63,556 bases of DNA, filler included, from an uncultured Methanosarcinales archaeon (GCA_964398115.1; 3 parts of 3 records of this genome joined end to end with filler, not necessarily neighbours in it), one strand, 5' to 3'. Numbered from the whole stretch's first letter, positions 1-9,393 are shown. The notes: generated from the sequence alone by a model not told the origin. Made by a program: numbers and translations.

Positions 1-117
1 CATGACGCTATTCGTAACAGGTCTAGGTTGTATGAAGATGGTGATGTTTCTCAGAGTCAGTTATTTTCTAGGTATGGGCCTGGTTTGATTTTAGGCGTAT
101 CAGCCGAGACTAAGTAG
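1..117 (+). CDS. 3' end of an unknown gene (partial)
   Basis: Open frame from base 1 (HDAIRNRSRLYEDG...SAETK) to TAG at 115-117. Confidence 0.5.
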   Translation, partial: HDAIRNRSRLYEDGDVSQSQLFSRYGPGLILGVSAETK

Positions 118-200
118 TTATTATATAGTAGTAAATCGAAACATTTAAATACCAGTTATTCTATTGTTACATTAGAGTAGTAAAAAACGGGGTTGTTTCG

Positions 201-1625
201 ATGAAAAACAAACTAATAACCGGGATCACAACAATCATAACAATACTCCTACTAGCAAATACAACACTAGCACAAACACCACCAAACCTACAACCAATAC
301 AAGACCAAAAAATCCAATGCAACCAAGAATTCTCCACAATAAACCTACACTCACACACAATAGATCCAGACACAAACCTATCAGAAATGCACTACGAAAC
401 ATACGACAACTACGACTTCAACATAAACATACAAGACGGCATAGCCACAATAAACCACCCACAAGGCGAACCAAGAACAGAATACATAGGATTCAGAGTA
501 ACAGACCCAACCGGCTTAACAGACACAGGCAAAGCAGAATTCAGCGTACAAAACTGCATACAAACCCAAAATACAGACTCAAACATAACACACCCACACC
601 CAGAACACCCAAGACCACCAAGGCCACCAAGAGGAACACACTTCCAAGGCGTACAATTCTTCCCAGACCAATACCAAACACACCCACCAGAAACATGCGC
701 GATAAGCACAGGACACGGACTACTAGACGACCTAGACTGCGACAAAATACCAGACAAGAAAGACAACTGCCCACAAACACCAAATCCCAGACAACTAGAC
801 CAAAACAAAAACGGCCTAGGAAACGCATGCGACATAACAATACAACGAATGGACATAGCTAACAACAAACTAACCTGCGGAAGAGCAACCGTCATAAACG
901 CACAAATAACGAACAACAGAAAAATAGGATTCAAAACAGTAAAAGCCACACTCACAAGCCAAAACCTAGCCTTAGAACAAACCAAATATATAGACAACTT
1001 AGAGCCAGGCTCAGCACAACGTGTAGAACTGACGTCAAGAATCCCCCTCCAAGCTGAGCCAGGCTCTTACAACCTAAACCTAAACTTACAATACCACGTA
1101 GCCGATAGACTAGAACACACAAGCACATCCAAAAACATACAAGTACAAGAAGGAACTTGCAAACAACAACCACAAGACAGCCTAGTAGCAGTAAAAGAAA
1201 TACAAGACATCAAACCCGGCAAGACAGCAGTCTACCCAATCAAGATAACCAACACACATGACAGAGCTTACAGCTACACCTTCGACGTGAAAGGAATAGA
1301 TTTCGGATACTACAGCATCGATCCAGGAAGTCTAACCATAATAGAACCTGGTGAAACAAAAACAATCTACTTGAACGTATACGCCAACCAACAAGCAAAG
1401 GAAGGCGAAAAAACGTTCGTATTCGAAGTGAACAAAGAAAAAGAAGCAGAACAAATCGTGCTAGTAGCAAGCATCCTGCCAAATGAAGAAAAACAATCCA
1501 GTTATACATGGCTGTGGACCATTGCCTTCCTAATAGCAATACTAGTCGTGTTAATAACCTGGTTTTTCAAAGACAATGAAATAGAAGATTTGAAGGCTTT
1601 CTTACCTTCTACAAAACAAAGATAA
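201..1625 (+). CDS. Secreted, C-terminally anchored surface protein with cadherin/Ig-like domain, thrombospondin type-3 Ca-binding repeat and CARDB/Ig-like domains
   Basis: Signal peptide; DLDCDKIPDKKDNCPQTPNPRQLDQNKNGLGNACD (TSP3 pattern); C-terminal TM helix; BRE-TATA at ~138-151. Confidence 0.8.
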   Translation: MKNKLITGITTIITILLLANTTLAQTPPNLQPIQDQKIQCNQEFSTINLHSHTIDPDTNLSEMHYETYDNYDFNINIQDGIATINHPQGEPRTEYIGFRVTDPTGLTDTGKAEFSVQNCIQTQNTDSNITHPHPEHPRPPRPPRGTHFQGVQFFPDQYQTHPPETCAISTGHGLLDDLDCDKIPDKKDNCPQTPNPRQLDQNKNGLGNACDITIQRMDIANNKLTCGRATVINAQITNNRKIGFKTVKATLTSQNLALEQTKYIDNLEPGSAQRVELTSRIPLQAEPGSYNLNLNLQYHVADRLEHTSTSKNIQVQEGTCKQQPQDSLVAVKEIQDIKPGKTAVYPIKITNTHDRAYSYTFDVKGIDFGYYSIDPGSLTIIEPGETKTIYLNVYANQQAKEGEKTFVFEVNKEKEAEQIVLVASILPNEEKQSSYTWLWTIAFLIAILVVLITWFFKDNEIEDLKAFLPSTKQR

Positions 1626-1707
1626 ATAGTAACTACTATAAAATAGTTAAAAATCAAAACATTTATATACAAAACAAGATTAAAACAACTCCAGGGAGGC
1701 ACAACAG

Positions 1708-2478
1708 ATGAAGAAAACCTTCACAATAATCACCACCATACTAATTCTAACTATACTAAGCTCCGGAGTAAACGCCACCCACCGCCCTGCACACACATGC
1801 AGCATAAGCACAGGACACGGCCTCCTAAGCGACGACGACTGCGACGACGTACCAGACCAAAAAGACAACTGCCCACAAACACCTAATAAAAGACAAAGTG
1901 ACAGCGACCTAGACGGCATAGGAAACGCATGCGACCCAACCTACAAAGCACCAGGAACACAAACACAACAACAAGAACAACAAACCAAGCAAACACTACA
2001 AGCCACGATAAACGCTATAGAAATACAAGACATACTCGCCGGAGGACCTGGAGCAGTTTACCCCATAAAAATAACCAACAACGCAGACACCACTCAAAGA
2101 TTCACACTAGACCTAGAAGGCGTAAGGTTCGGCACATACAGATTCGACCCAGGAAACGAAATAATAGTAAACCCTGGAGAAACGAAAACCGCATACATAC
2201 ACGCCGTAAGCAACGAAGACATAGAAGAAGGACAATACACATTCACACTAACAATAAGCAACCAAGACACATCAAGAAACATAGCCATGACAGCCAACGT
2301 ACTACACAAAGAAACCAAAACAAGTATCTTACAAACAATCGGCGAAATAATCGCCTGGATCCTCCTAATAACCGTAGCCATCATAATCATAGGACTCATA
2401 ATAAGAGAAATAAGAAAATCTCTACCGACAAAGAAAAACAAACAAACAGAAGACGAAGAAATACAAAGCTACTACTAA
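1708..2478 (+). CDS. Paralogous surface protein with TSP3 repeat, one Ig-like domain and TM anchor
   Basis: Shares TCxISTGHGLL-TSP3 block and AVYPIKITN...PGETKT domain with the upstream gene; RBS GGAGG. Confidence 0.8.
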   Translation: MKKTFTIITTILILTILSSGVNATHRPAHTCSISTGHGLLSDDDCDDVPDQKDNCPQTPNKRQSDSDLDGIGNACDPTYKAPGTQTQQQEQQTKQTLQATINAIEIQDILAGGPGAVYPIKITNNADTTQRFTLDLEGVRFGTYRFDPGNEIIVNPGETKTAYIHAVSNEDIEEGQYTFTLTISNQDTSRNIAMTANVLHKETKTSILQTIGEIIAWILLITVAIIIIGLIIREIRKSLPTKKNKQTEDEEIQSYY

Positions 2479-2480
2479 CA

Positions 2481-4799
2481 ATGAAAAAAACAATAATAAC
2501 CGGGATGCTCGCACTCATTCTCCTACTCCCAGTTGCACAAGCAGATATCAAAGTAAACAAATTCACAAACGAATTCAGCCTATCCAGTTCAAAAATAGAC
2601 GGGAAAGCATGCGCAGGAAGCACCCACACACTACCAGTAGAGATCAACAACGTTGGGGATGTAGAAGGGGTGTTCGAAATCAAAGTAGAAAGTGAGAAGG
2701 ACTGGTTCTCGCTCAGCGAGACCAGCTTCCACTTAGGGGTTGACGAAAAAACCACACAAAAAGTAACAACAAAACTACCATTCACATACACAGGCCGATT
2801 AGACTACACCATAAAGGTATCAAGCACATACGGACGAACTAAAAGACTACACAGAACCTTAAACGTTGTGAAATGTAACAGCATAGAGCTCAAAGACAAA
2901 GCAACCACAGACATAGTAAACCCAGCACAAACAGCCAAGTTCAGATTTACAGTAAAGAACCCAGCAAGCTTCACAGACGAATACGAAATCAAACCTTTGA
3001 AACACGAAGACAAAGTAAGAATCAGCGAAAACCAATTCCCCCTAGGACAAGACGAACAAAAACAAGTATTTGTATACACAAGGTTTGCACCACACATCTG
3101 GGGCGACTACACCATACCAGTACAAGTCAAGAGCAAACAAAACGGGCAAACCAAGAAAGTCAACCTAGACCTAACCATAAAGAGAGAATACGACTACAAA
3201 ATACAAGTTTCAGGACAAGTAAAAACATGCACACAAACACAAAAAACCGTGCCAGTCACGATAACCAACAACGCCAACGTGTCTAACACTTACAAGCTAA
3301 ACTTTGAAGGACCACAATACACAAGTCTAAACAGAAAAGAAGTAACCTTAAACCCCGGTCAAACTAAAACGTTAGAAATAACCCTCAACCCAAGCGACGC
3401 ACAAACCGGAAAAGAACAAATCAAACTCTCCGCAACCAGTCAAAGAGGACAAATAGAATTAGAAAGAGTAATATCAGTAAACGCAGAAAACTGCTACGAA
3501 CACCAAGTTTCAATGCCAGAAACTCACACAATGATTTGCGGCAACGACACCATAAACGTGAACGTGAGAAACGACGGAACACAACCTGAAAAATTCCAAC
3601 TCAGAACCAAAGCACCCCTGTGGATGAACCTAGAACAAAAAATAGTAAGACTAGACCCAAACGAAAACAAGAACATACCAATGACTATAAACGCGCCATG
3701 CAGCAATCAAAACTACGACATAATGGTAGAAGCAGTAAACCGAGACCAAAACCACATCACAGAAAAAGCCAACATGAAACTAAACGTACACACCCAACAA
3801 AGCGCATACAAAGTAACACTCGACAAAAACAACTACGACATCAGGAAAAGAGACAAACAATTCCAAATAAAGGTAAACAACGAAGGAATAAGAGGAGGAA
3901 CATACCAACTAAGCCTAGATAGCGACTTCCTCACACTAGAACAACAAACCCTAACCCTCAAAAATGGAGAAAGTAAAAACATAACAATCAACATAGGAAA
4001 CATTACAAACCTAGAAGGAGAATACCTACACCCTCTAACCATCTCAATCAAAGACAATCAATACCAAACCACGATAGGAACAAACATACAAGGACCAAAC
4101 ATTATCGAAAAAGCATTCACATGGACGTACCAAACCCTAGTCAAGAGCGAATGGTACAAAAAGATCGGATGGTGCGGATGGAGCACAATACTACTCTTCC
4201 TAGGACTAGCAGCACTCATCGCAGTAGCCATCCTAATCAACCAAGGAGTGATAGAAACCACAAGATTCACAACCCAGTACAGAACACACTTCCAAATAAT
4301 AAACACAGCCTTCCTAATCATAGCCATAATGGGAATAGTATTCTTCACAGCAACCTATAGTACAACCGCTGACAGACTATACGAACCAAGCCAAATGAAC
4401 GGAAGCCCACTCTATCACGAATGGAAACAAGGAAACAACTACCAACTCAACCTAAGCAGATACTTCGAAGACCCAGACGAAGACAAACTAACCTATGACT
4501 ACAAAAACGCAAGTATCAAAGTAGTCATGAAAGATAGCATTGCAGAAATACAACCACAAAACGGATGGAGCGGAACCACCACAATAATCTTCACAGCAAC
4601 CGACGAAGAAGGACTAACCGCCACCAGTCCAGAAATGACCCTACACGTAAGAGAAAAAACACAAACAAGCTGGTGGGATTACTGGCTCGCCAACTGCACC
4701 AGCATCAACGCCCTACTCATAGCACTAATATTCCTCACACTCTTCTACCTAGCAGACAAAGTAGAACCCAGAGGAAAAGAATACTACTTCGGCGAATAA
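2481..4799 (+). CDS. Large membrane-anchored surface protein with tandem Ig-like (CARDB/NPCBM-associated-like) domains and a cadherin-like domain
   Basis: True start MKKTIITGMLALILLLPVAQA (signal peptide) at 2481, not 1929; repeated V.N.G/LxPGE beta-sandwich motifs; LSRYFEDPDEDKLTY...ATDEEGLT; several TMs. Confidence 0.75.
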   Translation: MKKTIITGMLALILLLPVAQADIKVNKFTNEFSLSSSKIDGKACAGSTHTLPVEINNVGDVEGVFEIKVESEKDWFSLSETSFHLGVDEKTTQKVTTKLPFTYTGRLDYTIKVSSTYGRTKRLHRTLNVVKCNSIELKDKATTDIVNPAQTAKFRFTVKNPASFTDEYEIKPLKHEDKVRISENQFPLGQDEQKQVFVYTRFAPHIWGDYTIPVQVKSKQNGQTKKVNLDLTIKREYDYKIQVSGQVKTCTQTQKTVPVTITNNANVSNTYKLNFEGPQYTSLNRKEVTLNPGQTKTLEITLNPSDAQTGKEQIKLSATSQRGQIELERVISVNAENCYEHQVSMPETHTMICGNDTINVNVRNDGTQPEKFQLRTKAPLWMNLEQKIVRLDPNENKNIPMTINAPCSNQNYDIMVEAVNRDQNHITEKANMKLNVHTQQSAYKVTLDKNNYDIRKRDKQFQIKVNNEGIRGGTYQLSLDSDFLTLEQQTLTLKNGESKNITINIGNITNLEGEYLHPLTISIKDNQYQTTIGTNIQGPNIIEKAFTWTYQTLVKSEWYKKIGWCGWSTILLFLGLAALIAVAILINQGVIETTRFTTQYRTHFQIINTAFLIIAIMGIVFFTATYSTTADRLYEPSQMNGSPLYHEWKQGNNYQLNLSRYFEDPDEDKLTYDYKNASIKVVMKDSIAEIQPQNGWSGTTTIIFTATDEEGLTATSPEMTLHVREKTQTSWWDYWLANCTSINALLIALIFLTLFYLADKVEPRGKEYYFGE

Positions 4800-4850
4800 A
4801 AAAACCGAAACTCATTTAACACTACGACAATTCTAAAAACAAAAACGAAA

Positions 4851-5351
4851 ATGACCAATTTAGCAACACGACTAAAACAAGAACAAATCATCAAAGAAAG
4901 AAAGGTGGAACTCAAACACGCTGGACAAAGCCACCTCTACGTAGACCTGAAAAAAGCATACGGCAACCCTAGTCTAAGAAAACACATAACTCAAGAACTC
5001 CACAAAAAGATACCATTAAACGTCACAACCCTAGCCGCGAGTGGACACGGTGGAATACCACTCGCAACCACCTTATCAGACCAACACGACTATAACTTAA
5101 CCTTGATAAGGGAAGAAAGAAAAGGATATGGAACAGAAAAACACATCGACGGCTACCAACCACAAAACCACGACGTCATAGCAGTAGTAGATGACGTCGT
5201 CACAACAGGAAACAGCCTCAAAAAAATAGTAGATAAGCTAGAACATACAAAAGGCAAAGTTCAAGGATGCTACGTTGTAGTCGACCGCAGCGATCAAAAA
5301 CTACCAGTCCAAGTAGAATCCCTACTAACTTTAGAAGACTTAACGGAATAA
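4851..5351 (+). CDS. pyrE: Orotate phosphoribosyltransferase-like protein
   Basis: SHLYVDLK, REERKGYGT, PRPP motif VVDDVVTTGNS. Confidence 0.8.
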   Translation: MTNLATRLKQEQIIKERKVELKHAGQSHLYVDLKKAYGNPSLRKHITQELHKKIPLNVTTLAASGHGGIPLATTLSDQHDYNLTLIREERKGYGTEKHIDGYQPQNHDVIAVVDDVVTTGNSLKKIVDKLEHTKGKVQGCYVVVDRSDQKLPVQVESLLTLEDLTE

Positions 5352-5600
5352 ACTAACAAAAACATGTTTCAAAATTTCTTCCTTTTCATCCGCGTGCTTA
5401 ATACGCCTAGCCAAACCCCTATCACCAAAAACATCCTTAATCCAATGATAGAAGTCATTCTTCTCATCATTCACATGATGCCTAAAAACGTGCTCAGGCA
5501 TGTCCTGAAGCTCTTGAAATAAATCCTCATAATCCTTAATAATGGTCCCATCCTTAGCATAGAAATACTTCTTCGGATGCAAACCATCATTCCCTTTCAT
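5340..5600 (-). CDS. Small DUF5752-like protein
   Basis: FYAKDG...VFRHHVNDEKNDFYHWIKDVFGD pattern. Confidence 0.6.
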   Translation of the reverse strand: MKGNDGLHPKKYFYAKDGTIIKDYEDLFQELQDMPEHVFRHHVNDEKNDFYHWIKDVFGDRGLARRIKHADEKEEILKHVFVSLFR

Positions 5601-5718
5601 TCCTGCGCCTCACTCACTAAAACCACTGCGAAAACAAATCGGGGCAAAGAATATATTTAAACTTTATGATTCGAACAAAGGTTTAAAAACTCGAGAAATG
5701 TCTCACAAAACAGCAGAT

Positions 5719-5871
5719 GGGGACGTGGTGTAACCCGGCATCATGGGTGGCTCCAGACATGGAGCAATGAGTCCTCGGACGATGATTAAGCTCTTTCGGA
5801 AGACACCACCAGATCCCGGTTCAAAAAGTGCAGAGCGTTCCAGCTCTCACATGAAATTCCGGGCGTCCCCA
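5719..5871 (+). tRNA. tRNA-Trp(CCA) with two introns (37/38: 5757-5804; 59/60: 5826-5857)
   Basis: Acceptor GGGGACG/CGTCCCC-A; anticodon stem GGTGG/CCACC with CT-CCA-G; T stem CCCGG/CCGGG; removing both inserts restores a cloverleaf. Confidence 0.92.
5757..5804 (+). ncRNA. Intron-encoded box C/D-type guide element (putative Cm34 guide)
   Basis: TGGAGC antisense to anticodon positions 31-36, D'-like ATGA (5767-5770), GTCC/GGAC stem, C'-like ATGATTA (5782-5788). Confidence 0.65.
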
Positions 5872-5891
5872 CTTCTAATTTCAGAAAAAGA

Positions 5892-6299
5892 TTATTGTTC
5901 TATCTCTACGAGGAATTTGTCTGGTTCAAGAACCTTTATTTTCACTTTTCCTTCCTTATTCCAATTTTGGGTTAAATCTTTTGGGAATCGGAAGAAATAG
6001 TTTTTACCATCATAGTTGAGACTTCTTTCTATTGTTATTTCTTTGTCTTCTAGAAGCATTTCAATTATCCAGAATTTTTCTAAACGACTTGCTTGTTCTG
6101 GATCTAAGTATTCTTCTCCGCAATTGGGGCATTCCCATACTTCATATGTGTATTCCAGTCCTTTGTATTTCCTTTTCTTTGTGGTTTTTTCCGTTTTTGT
6201 ATCGCAGCAAGTAAAGGGGCCTTCAAACGCGTTTTCATCTACTTCTAATTGTATTTCTTCATCCCGCACGTCTTCTTCTCTTATTTTGTTTTTAGTCAT
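5892..6299 (-). CDS. Putative antitoxin: YgiT/MqsA-type Zn ribbon fused to AbrB-like domain
   Basis: CC...WECPNCGEEYLDPEQ; C-terminal DGKNYFFRFPKDL; overlaps the toxin gene stop by 4 nt. Confidence 0.65.
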   Translation of the reverse strand: MTKNKIREEDVRDEEIQLEVDENAFEGPFTCCDTKTEKTTKKRKYKGLEYTYEVWECPNCGEEYLDPEQASRLEKFWIIEMLLEDKEITIERSLNYDGKNYFFRFPKDLTQNWNKEGKVKIKVLEPDKFLVEIEQ

Positions 6300-6559
6300 T
6301 TTTTCTTTTCATACAGCTTTTTCTGCCATTCAGATGAAGGATACGCTGTTATTATTTTAGCTGCTCCTTCCTTGTATTCAAATATTATGGTCAAATAACG
6401 TGGATGTTTAACTATGGCTAGGTATCTGTTATCTTTTGTTTTAGTTACGTATTTTTCTTTGTAAAGTAAGGATTTCTTTATTTCTTGTTCTTTTATTAGA
6501 TGTTTCTTGAATACTTTTTCTGCTACTTCTGTTGTAATCTTTACTTCTTTTACTTTCAA
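6296..6559 (-). CDS. Putative BrnT/DUF4258-like (RelE-fold) toxin
   Basis: 87-aa basic protein; KKH.I...EI, RYLAI...RYLTIIF...KIITAYP. Confidence 0.65.
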   Translation of the reverse strand: MKVKEVKITTEVAEKVFKKHLIKEQEIKKSLLYKEKYVTKTKDNRYLAIVKHPRYLTIIFEYKEGAAKIITAYPSSEWQKKLYEKKK

Positions 6560-6864
6560 TTAAAACCCTCATTTCGTACTATTTAACGTACGTTTTATTT
6601 ATATGTTTTTTCTTTTACGGCGCCGTAGGCGTGATTTTCGGCATCCCGCTTAGATGCATTCGAACCCGCAAGATGCAGGTTGGTGCATTTACCAGCTTTC
6701 TCATCTGGTTTTTCTCTCTTTTTTTAAGAATGATTTGAATATATAGTTCACGCGTGTGTTTGTCCAGTGCTACTTTTTCTCGTCACGAAACGTTTTCGAA
6801 TGTCCAGTGATGTGTGAGTTAAATTTAAATAAGGTGAGGAATAAACCGTAATGAGTGGGTAGCT

Positions 6865-7500
6865 ATGGCAGATCAAGACAGGTTTAACAGAGAAATGGAT
6901 GATTACATTCGTTCGCAGCGACGTAAGCAAAAACAGGCTGGTAGTGTCGACATAGCAGTTGATAAAGAAAAAGCTTCTCAAAAGAGTGGCGATATCGAAA
7001 GTGGAATGATTGTAGAGTATGATGATGGCCGTAGCTTCTGGGATAAAATAGTCGATTTCTTCCATTTTGAAGATGAAGAAGAGCAAGAACCAGTTGAGTA
7101 TCAAGAAGAACTTAGTCCGCATGAGAAGAAGAAACTGGCGGATATGGAAGAAGCTGAAGTTGACGCTCAAAACGTTGAGGATGAGTATAAAAATATTGAA
7201 GAAATGGATGAAGAGCTTGACGTGCCAGAACCAGGATTTCTCGAAAAACTTGCAAGCTTCTTAGGTTTTGGAGAAAAAGTTCCAGAAGATGACTACAAAG
7301 ATATTGAAGAGTTCAACCCAGAACAATTTGCAGAAGAAGAAAGCGAGAAGTTAATGTTTGAAGAAGATGTCAAAGAGGTTTTGAAAATCACACACAAATG
7401 GATTGAAAGACTACCGGCTAAGAAGAAGAAAGAGTTTAAAGATAGTGAAGACTTCGACAAATACAAGACCTTGTTGGACAAGATGGACTTGTTGAAATAG
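6865..7500 (+). CDS. Acidic hypothetical protein
   Basis: 211-aa ORF, TATA ~6824, twice-repeated FW/LxKIxxFF amphipathic motif. Confidence 0.7.
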   Translation: MADQDRFNREMDDYIRSQRRKQKQAGSVDIAVDKEKASQKSGDIESGMIVEYDDGRSFWDKIVDFFHFEDEEEQEPVEYQEELSPHEKKKLADMEEAEVDAQNVEDEYKNIEEMDEELDVPEPGFLEKLASFLGFGEKVPEDDYKDIEEFNPEQFAEEESEKLMFEEDVKEVLKITHKWIERLPAKKKKEFKDSEDFDKYKTLLDKMDLLK

Positions 7501-7501
7501 G

Positions 7502-8689
7502 TTAAGTCTTTATTTCTATGACTGAATTGTCTTCTACAGTTTTATCTTTCGCGATTGGTTTTTTCGTTTTCATATCTATCGCTTTCTTGAAATTATCTCC
7601 AATGTCTGAGTGTATTTGATAAGCAAAGTCTAACGTGGTCGCCTCATTTGGTAGGAGTACTGCGTCAGGCAACACGTTGCCATCCTTGTCTGTCAAGTCA
7701 GAATTCGCCACAGGGTAAGCGACTTTGTAATCTAGGGTTTCAAAAACGGCTTTGTTCAAAACCTTTTGAGCTCCCGTTCCATTGTTTTCTTTGAGAATTT
7801 CTTTCATAAACTCTAGTCCTTTCTTTTGCTGTTCCGATAATTTGTCTTCTTCTAATATTTCGAAAGCGTCTTCTCCTGGCGTGTAATTGATTAATCCTTT
7901 CTCGTCCGCTTCTCGCAGGGCAAGTTCTGTCTCAGCACTCATAGGTATGAACTCGTATTCAGAGAATTCTTCTCTTAATTTTTCCAAGCTTTGTCTTGCT
8001 CCTTCCACATCTATCTTGTTGGCGGCAATTATCATCGGCTTGCTTTTCATCCTCAACTTTTTAGCCAGTTTTAGCGTTTGTTCTTCACTCCAGTTGGTAA
8101 TGTCTTCTGACAAGTCAAGTTCTTTCAAGGCTTGTTCGGTCATTTCTTCAGTCACCCTAACGCCGCTCATGTGTTCAGCAATCGCTTTACTGAGTTGCTG
8201 GCTTTCGGCTTTCATCTTCCTAACAAACTTATCCCAGCCGTCTTCTAGTATGTCATGATACCAATGATCGAGTTCTATCTCCATATAGCGGATGTCTTGA
8301 CTAGGGTCGTAACTGCCAGGATCAACCGGCTCCCCCTTTTCATTCGTACTACCACTAACGTCTATCATGTGGATTAAAACATCTGCTTGGTTTAAGTCAT
8401 TTAGAAATTCAGAACCCATGCCTTTTCCTTTATGAGCCCCTGGTACTAGGCCTGCAACGTCTATCAAATTGACAGGGATGAACCTTTCACCATTGACACA
8501 CTTGCCTTCTCTAGGCTCGCATTCTACGTTGAATTCTTGCTCTGGACAAGGGTGTTTAACAAATGCTACGCCTTGATTTGGATCTATCGTGGTAAAGGGA
8601 TAGTTGCCCATGTCTATATCTGCTAAGGTCATTGCTTTGAAAAAAGTGCTTTTTCCCACGTTGGCTTTTCCCCAAACTCCTACCTTCAT
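7502..8689 (-). CDS. ychF: YchF/OLA1-family (Obg-like) ATPase with TGS domain
   Basis: GKANVGKST, YPFTTIDPN, DVAGLVPGA, NKID; start taken at MKVGVWG. Confidence 0.92.
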   Translation of the reverse strand: MKVGVWGKANVGKSTFFKAMTLADIDMGNYPFTTIDPNQGVAFVKHPCPEQEFNVECEPREGKCVNGERFIPVNLIDVAGLVPGAHKGKGMGSEFLNDLNQADVLIHMIDVSGSTNEKGEPVDPGSYDPSQDIRYMEIELDHWYHDILEDGWDKFVRKMKAESQQLSKAIAEHMSGVRVTEEMTEQALKELDLSEDITNWSEEQTLKLAKKLRMKSKPMIIAANKIDVEGARQSLEKLREEFSEYEFIPMSAETELALREADEKGLINYTPGEDAFEILEEDKLSEQQKKGLEFMKEILKENNGTGAQKVLNKAVFETLDYKVAYPVANSDLTDKDGNVLPDAVLLPNEATTLDFAYQIHSDIGDNFKKAIDMKTKKPIAKDKTVEDNSVIEIKT

Positions 8690-8803
8690 TTTTTTATTCA
8701 AAAGATGAGTCTGTTTTTAACGTTTTGTCGAAAACATTTATTATCTATATTGAAAAGAAATAAAGAATAAAAGGAACAACAATTTCTCTCCTTTTGATGA
8801 CAA

Positions 8804-8875
8804 GCGCCTGTGATCTAGCGGCGAGGATCATGCCTTCCCAAGGCATGTGCCCGGGTTCAAATCCCGGCAGGCGCA
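8804..8875 (+). tRNA. tRNA-Gly(CCC)
   Basis: GCGCCTG/CAGGCGC-A; ATGCC-TT-CCC-AA-GGCAT; GGTTCAAATCC. Confidence 0.95.
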
Positions 8876-8879
8876 TATC

Positions 8880-9020
8880 ATGAGCGAAGTTAAAGAAGTA
8901 GAATTTGAATGCGAAAATTGTGGCAAGAAAGTCAAGGCGTACAAGCACGAAGATGTAGAGTTTAACATGCTATGTCAACAATGCGGGATGGACGTTCAAA
9001 CAAGTGATGCTAGAAATTAA
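8880..9020 (+). CDS. 46-aa zinc-finger microprotein (absent from ORF track)
   Basis: MSEVKEVEFECENCGKKVKAYKHEDVEFNMLCQQCGMDVQTSDARN; two CxxCG motifs. Confidence 0.7.
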   Translation: MSEVKEVEFECENCGKKVKAYKHEDVEFNMLCQQCGMDVQTSDARN

Positions 9021-9393
9021 TACGTTAATGTTTTGATTTCTTCTATATCTTTGAAATGTTTGTTGTTAGAAGAAACTATCTTGTCTGTGTTGTTGGTAAG
9101 GTAAGTACCTGCTATTATACTGTCCGGTTGTGGAATGTTGTCACCTGTTTTTTCCCTTCCCTATAGATTTCTGAACTTTTCAAAGTTGCATTTCTATCCA
9201 GGTTGAAAGTTTCAAACCTTGATATGAAAGCTAGGAAGGTTTCTTTTTCTTCTTCGGTGAGGTTTCCGCAAAGGAATTCAAATATTACTGGTTCGCAAAT
9301 TTTTATTTGTTCTTTGTTTTCTTTCATGAACTTGAGGGCTTCTTCTTTTTCATCTAAGAAGTCGATGAGAAAGCTGGTGTCTGCACCTATCAT
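9017..9393 (-). pseudogene. vapC: VapC PIN-domain toxin, frameshifted at an A6 run (9148-9153)
   Basis: MIGADTSFLID...EFLCG; the -1 frame continues TGDNIPQPDSIIAGTYL...VSSNNKHFKDIEEIKTLTY* with the C-terminal PIN motifs. Confidence 0.75.

Noticed and set aside
317..2480. Long alternative-frame ORFs (317-862, 410-997) and the 1929-2480 extension of the 956-aa ORF
   Set aside because: Artefacts of extreme A/C skew (few stops); they overlap real genes, and the signal peptide begins at 2481
5743..6000. 85-aa ORF (also 8745-8948)
   Set aside because: They overlap tRNA genes; shadow ORFs
8732..8761. CRISPR repeat (ATTGAAA ending)
   Set aside because: Only two distant copies, no repeat-spacer array, no cas genes in the window
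9140..9160. Programmed -1 ribosomal frameshift in vapC
   Set aside because: GGG AAA AAA C is not an in-phase X XXY YYZ heptamer and no stimulatory structure is evident
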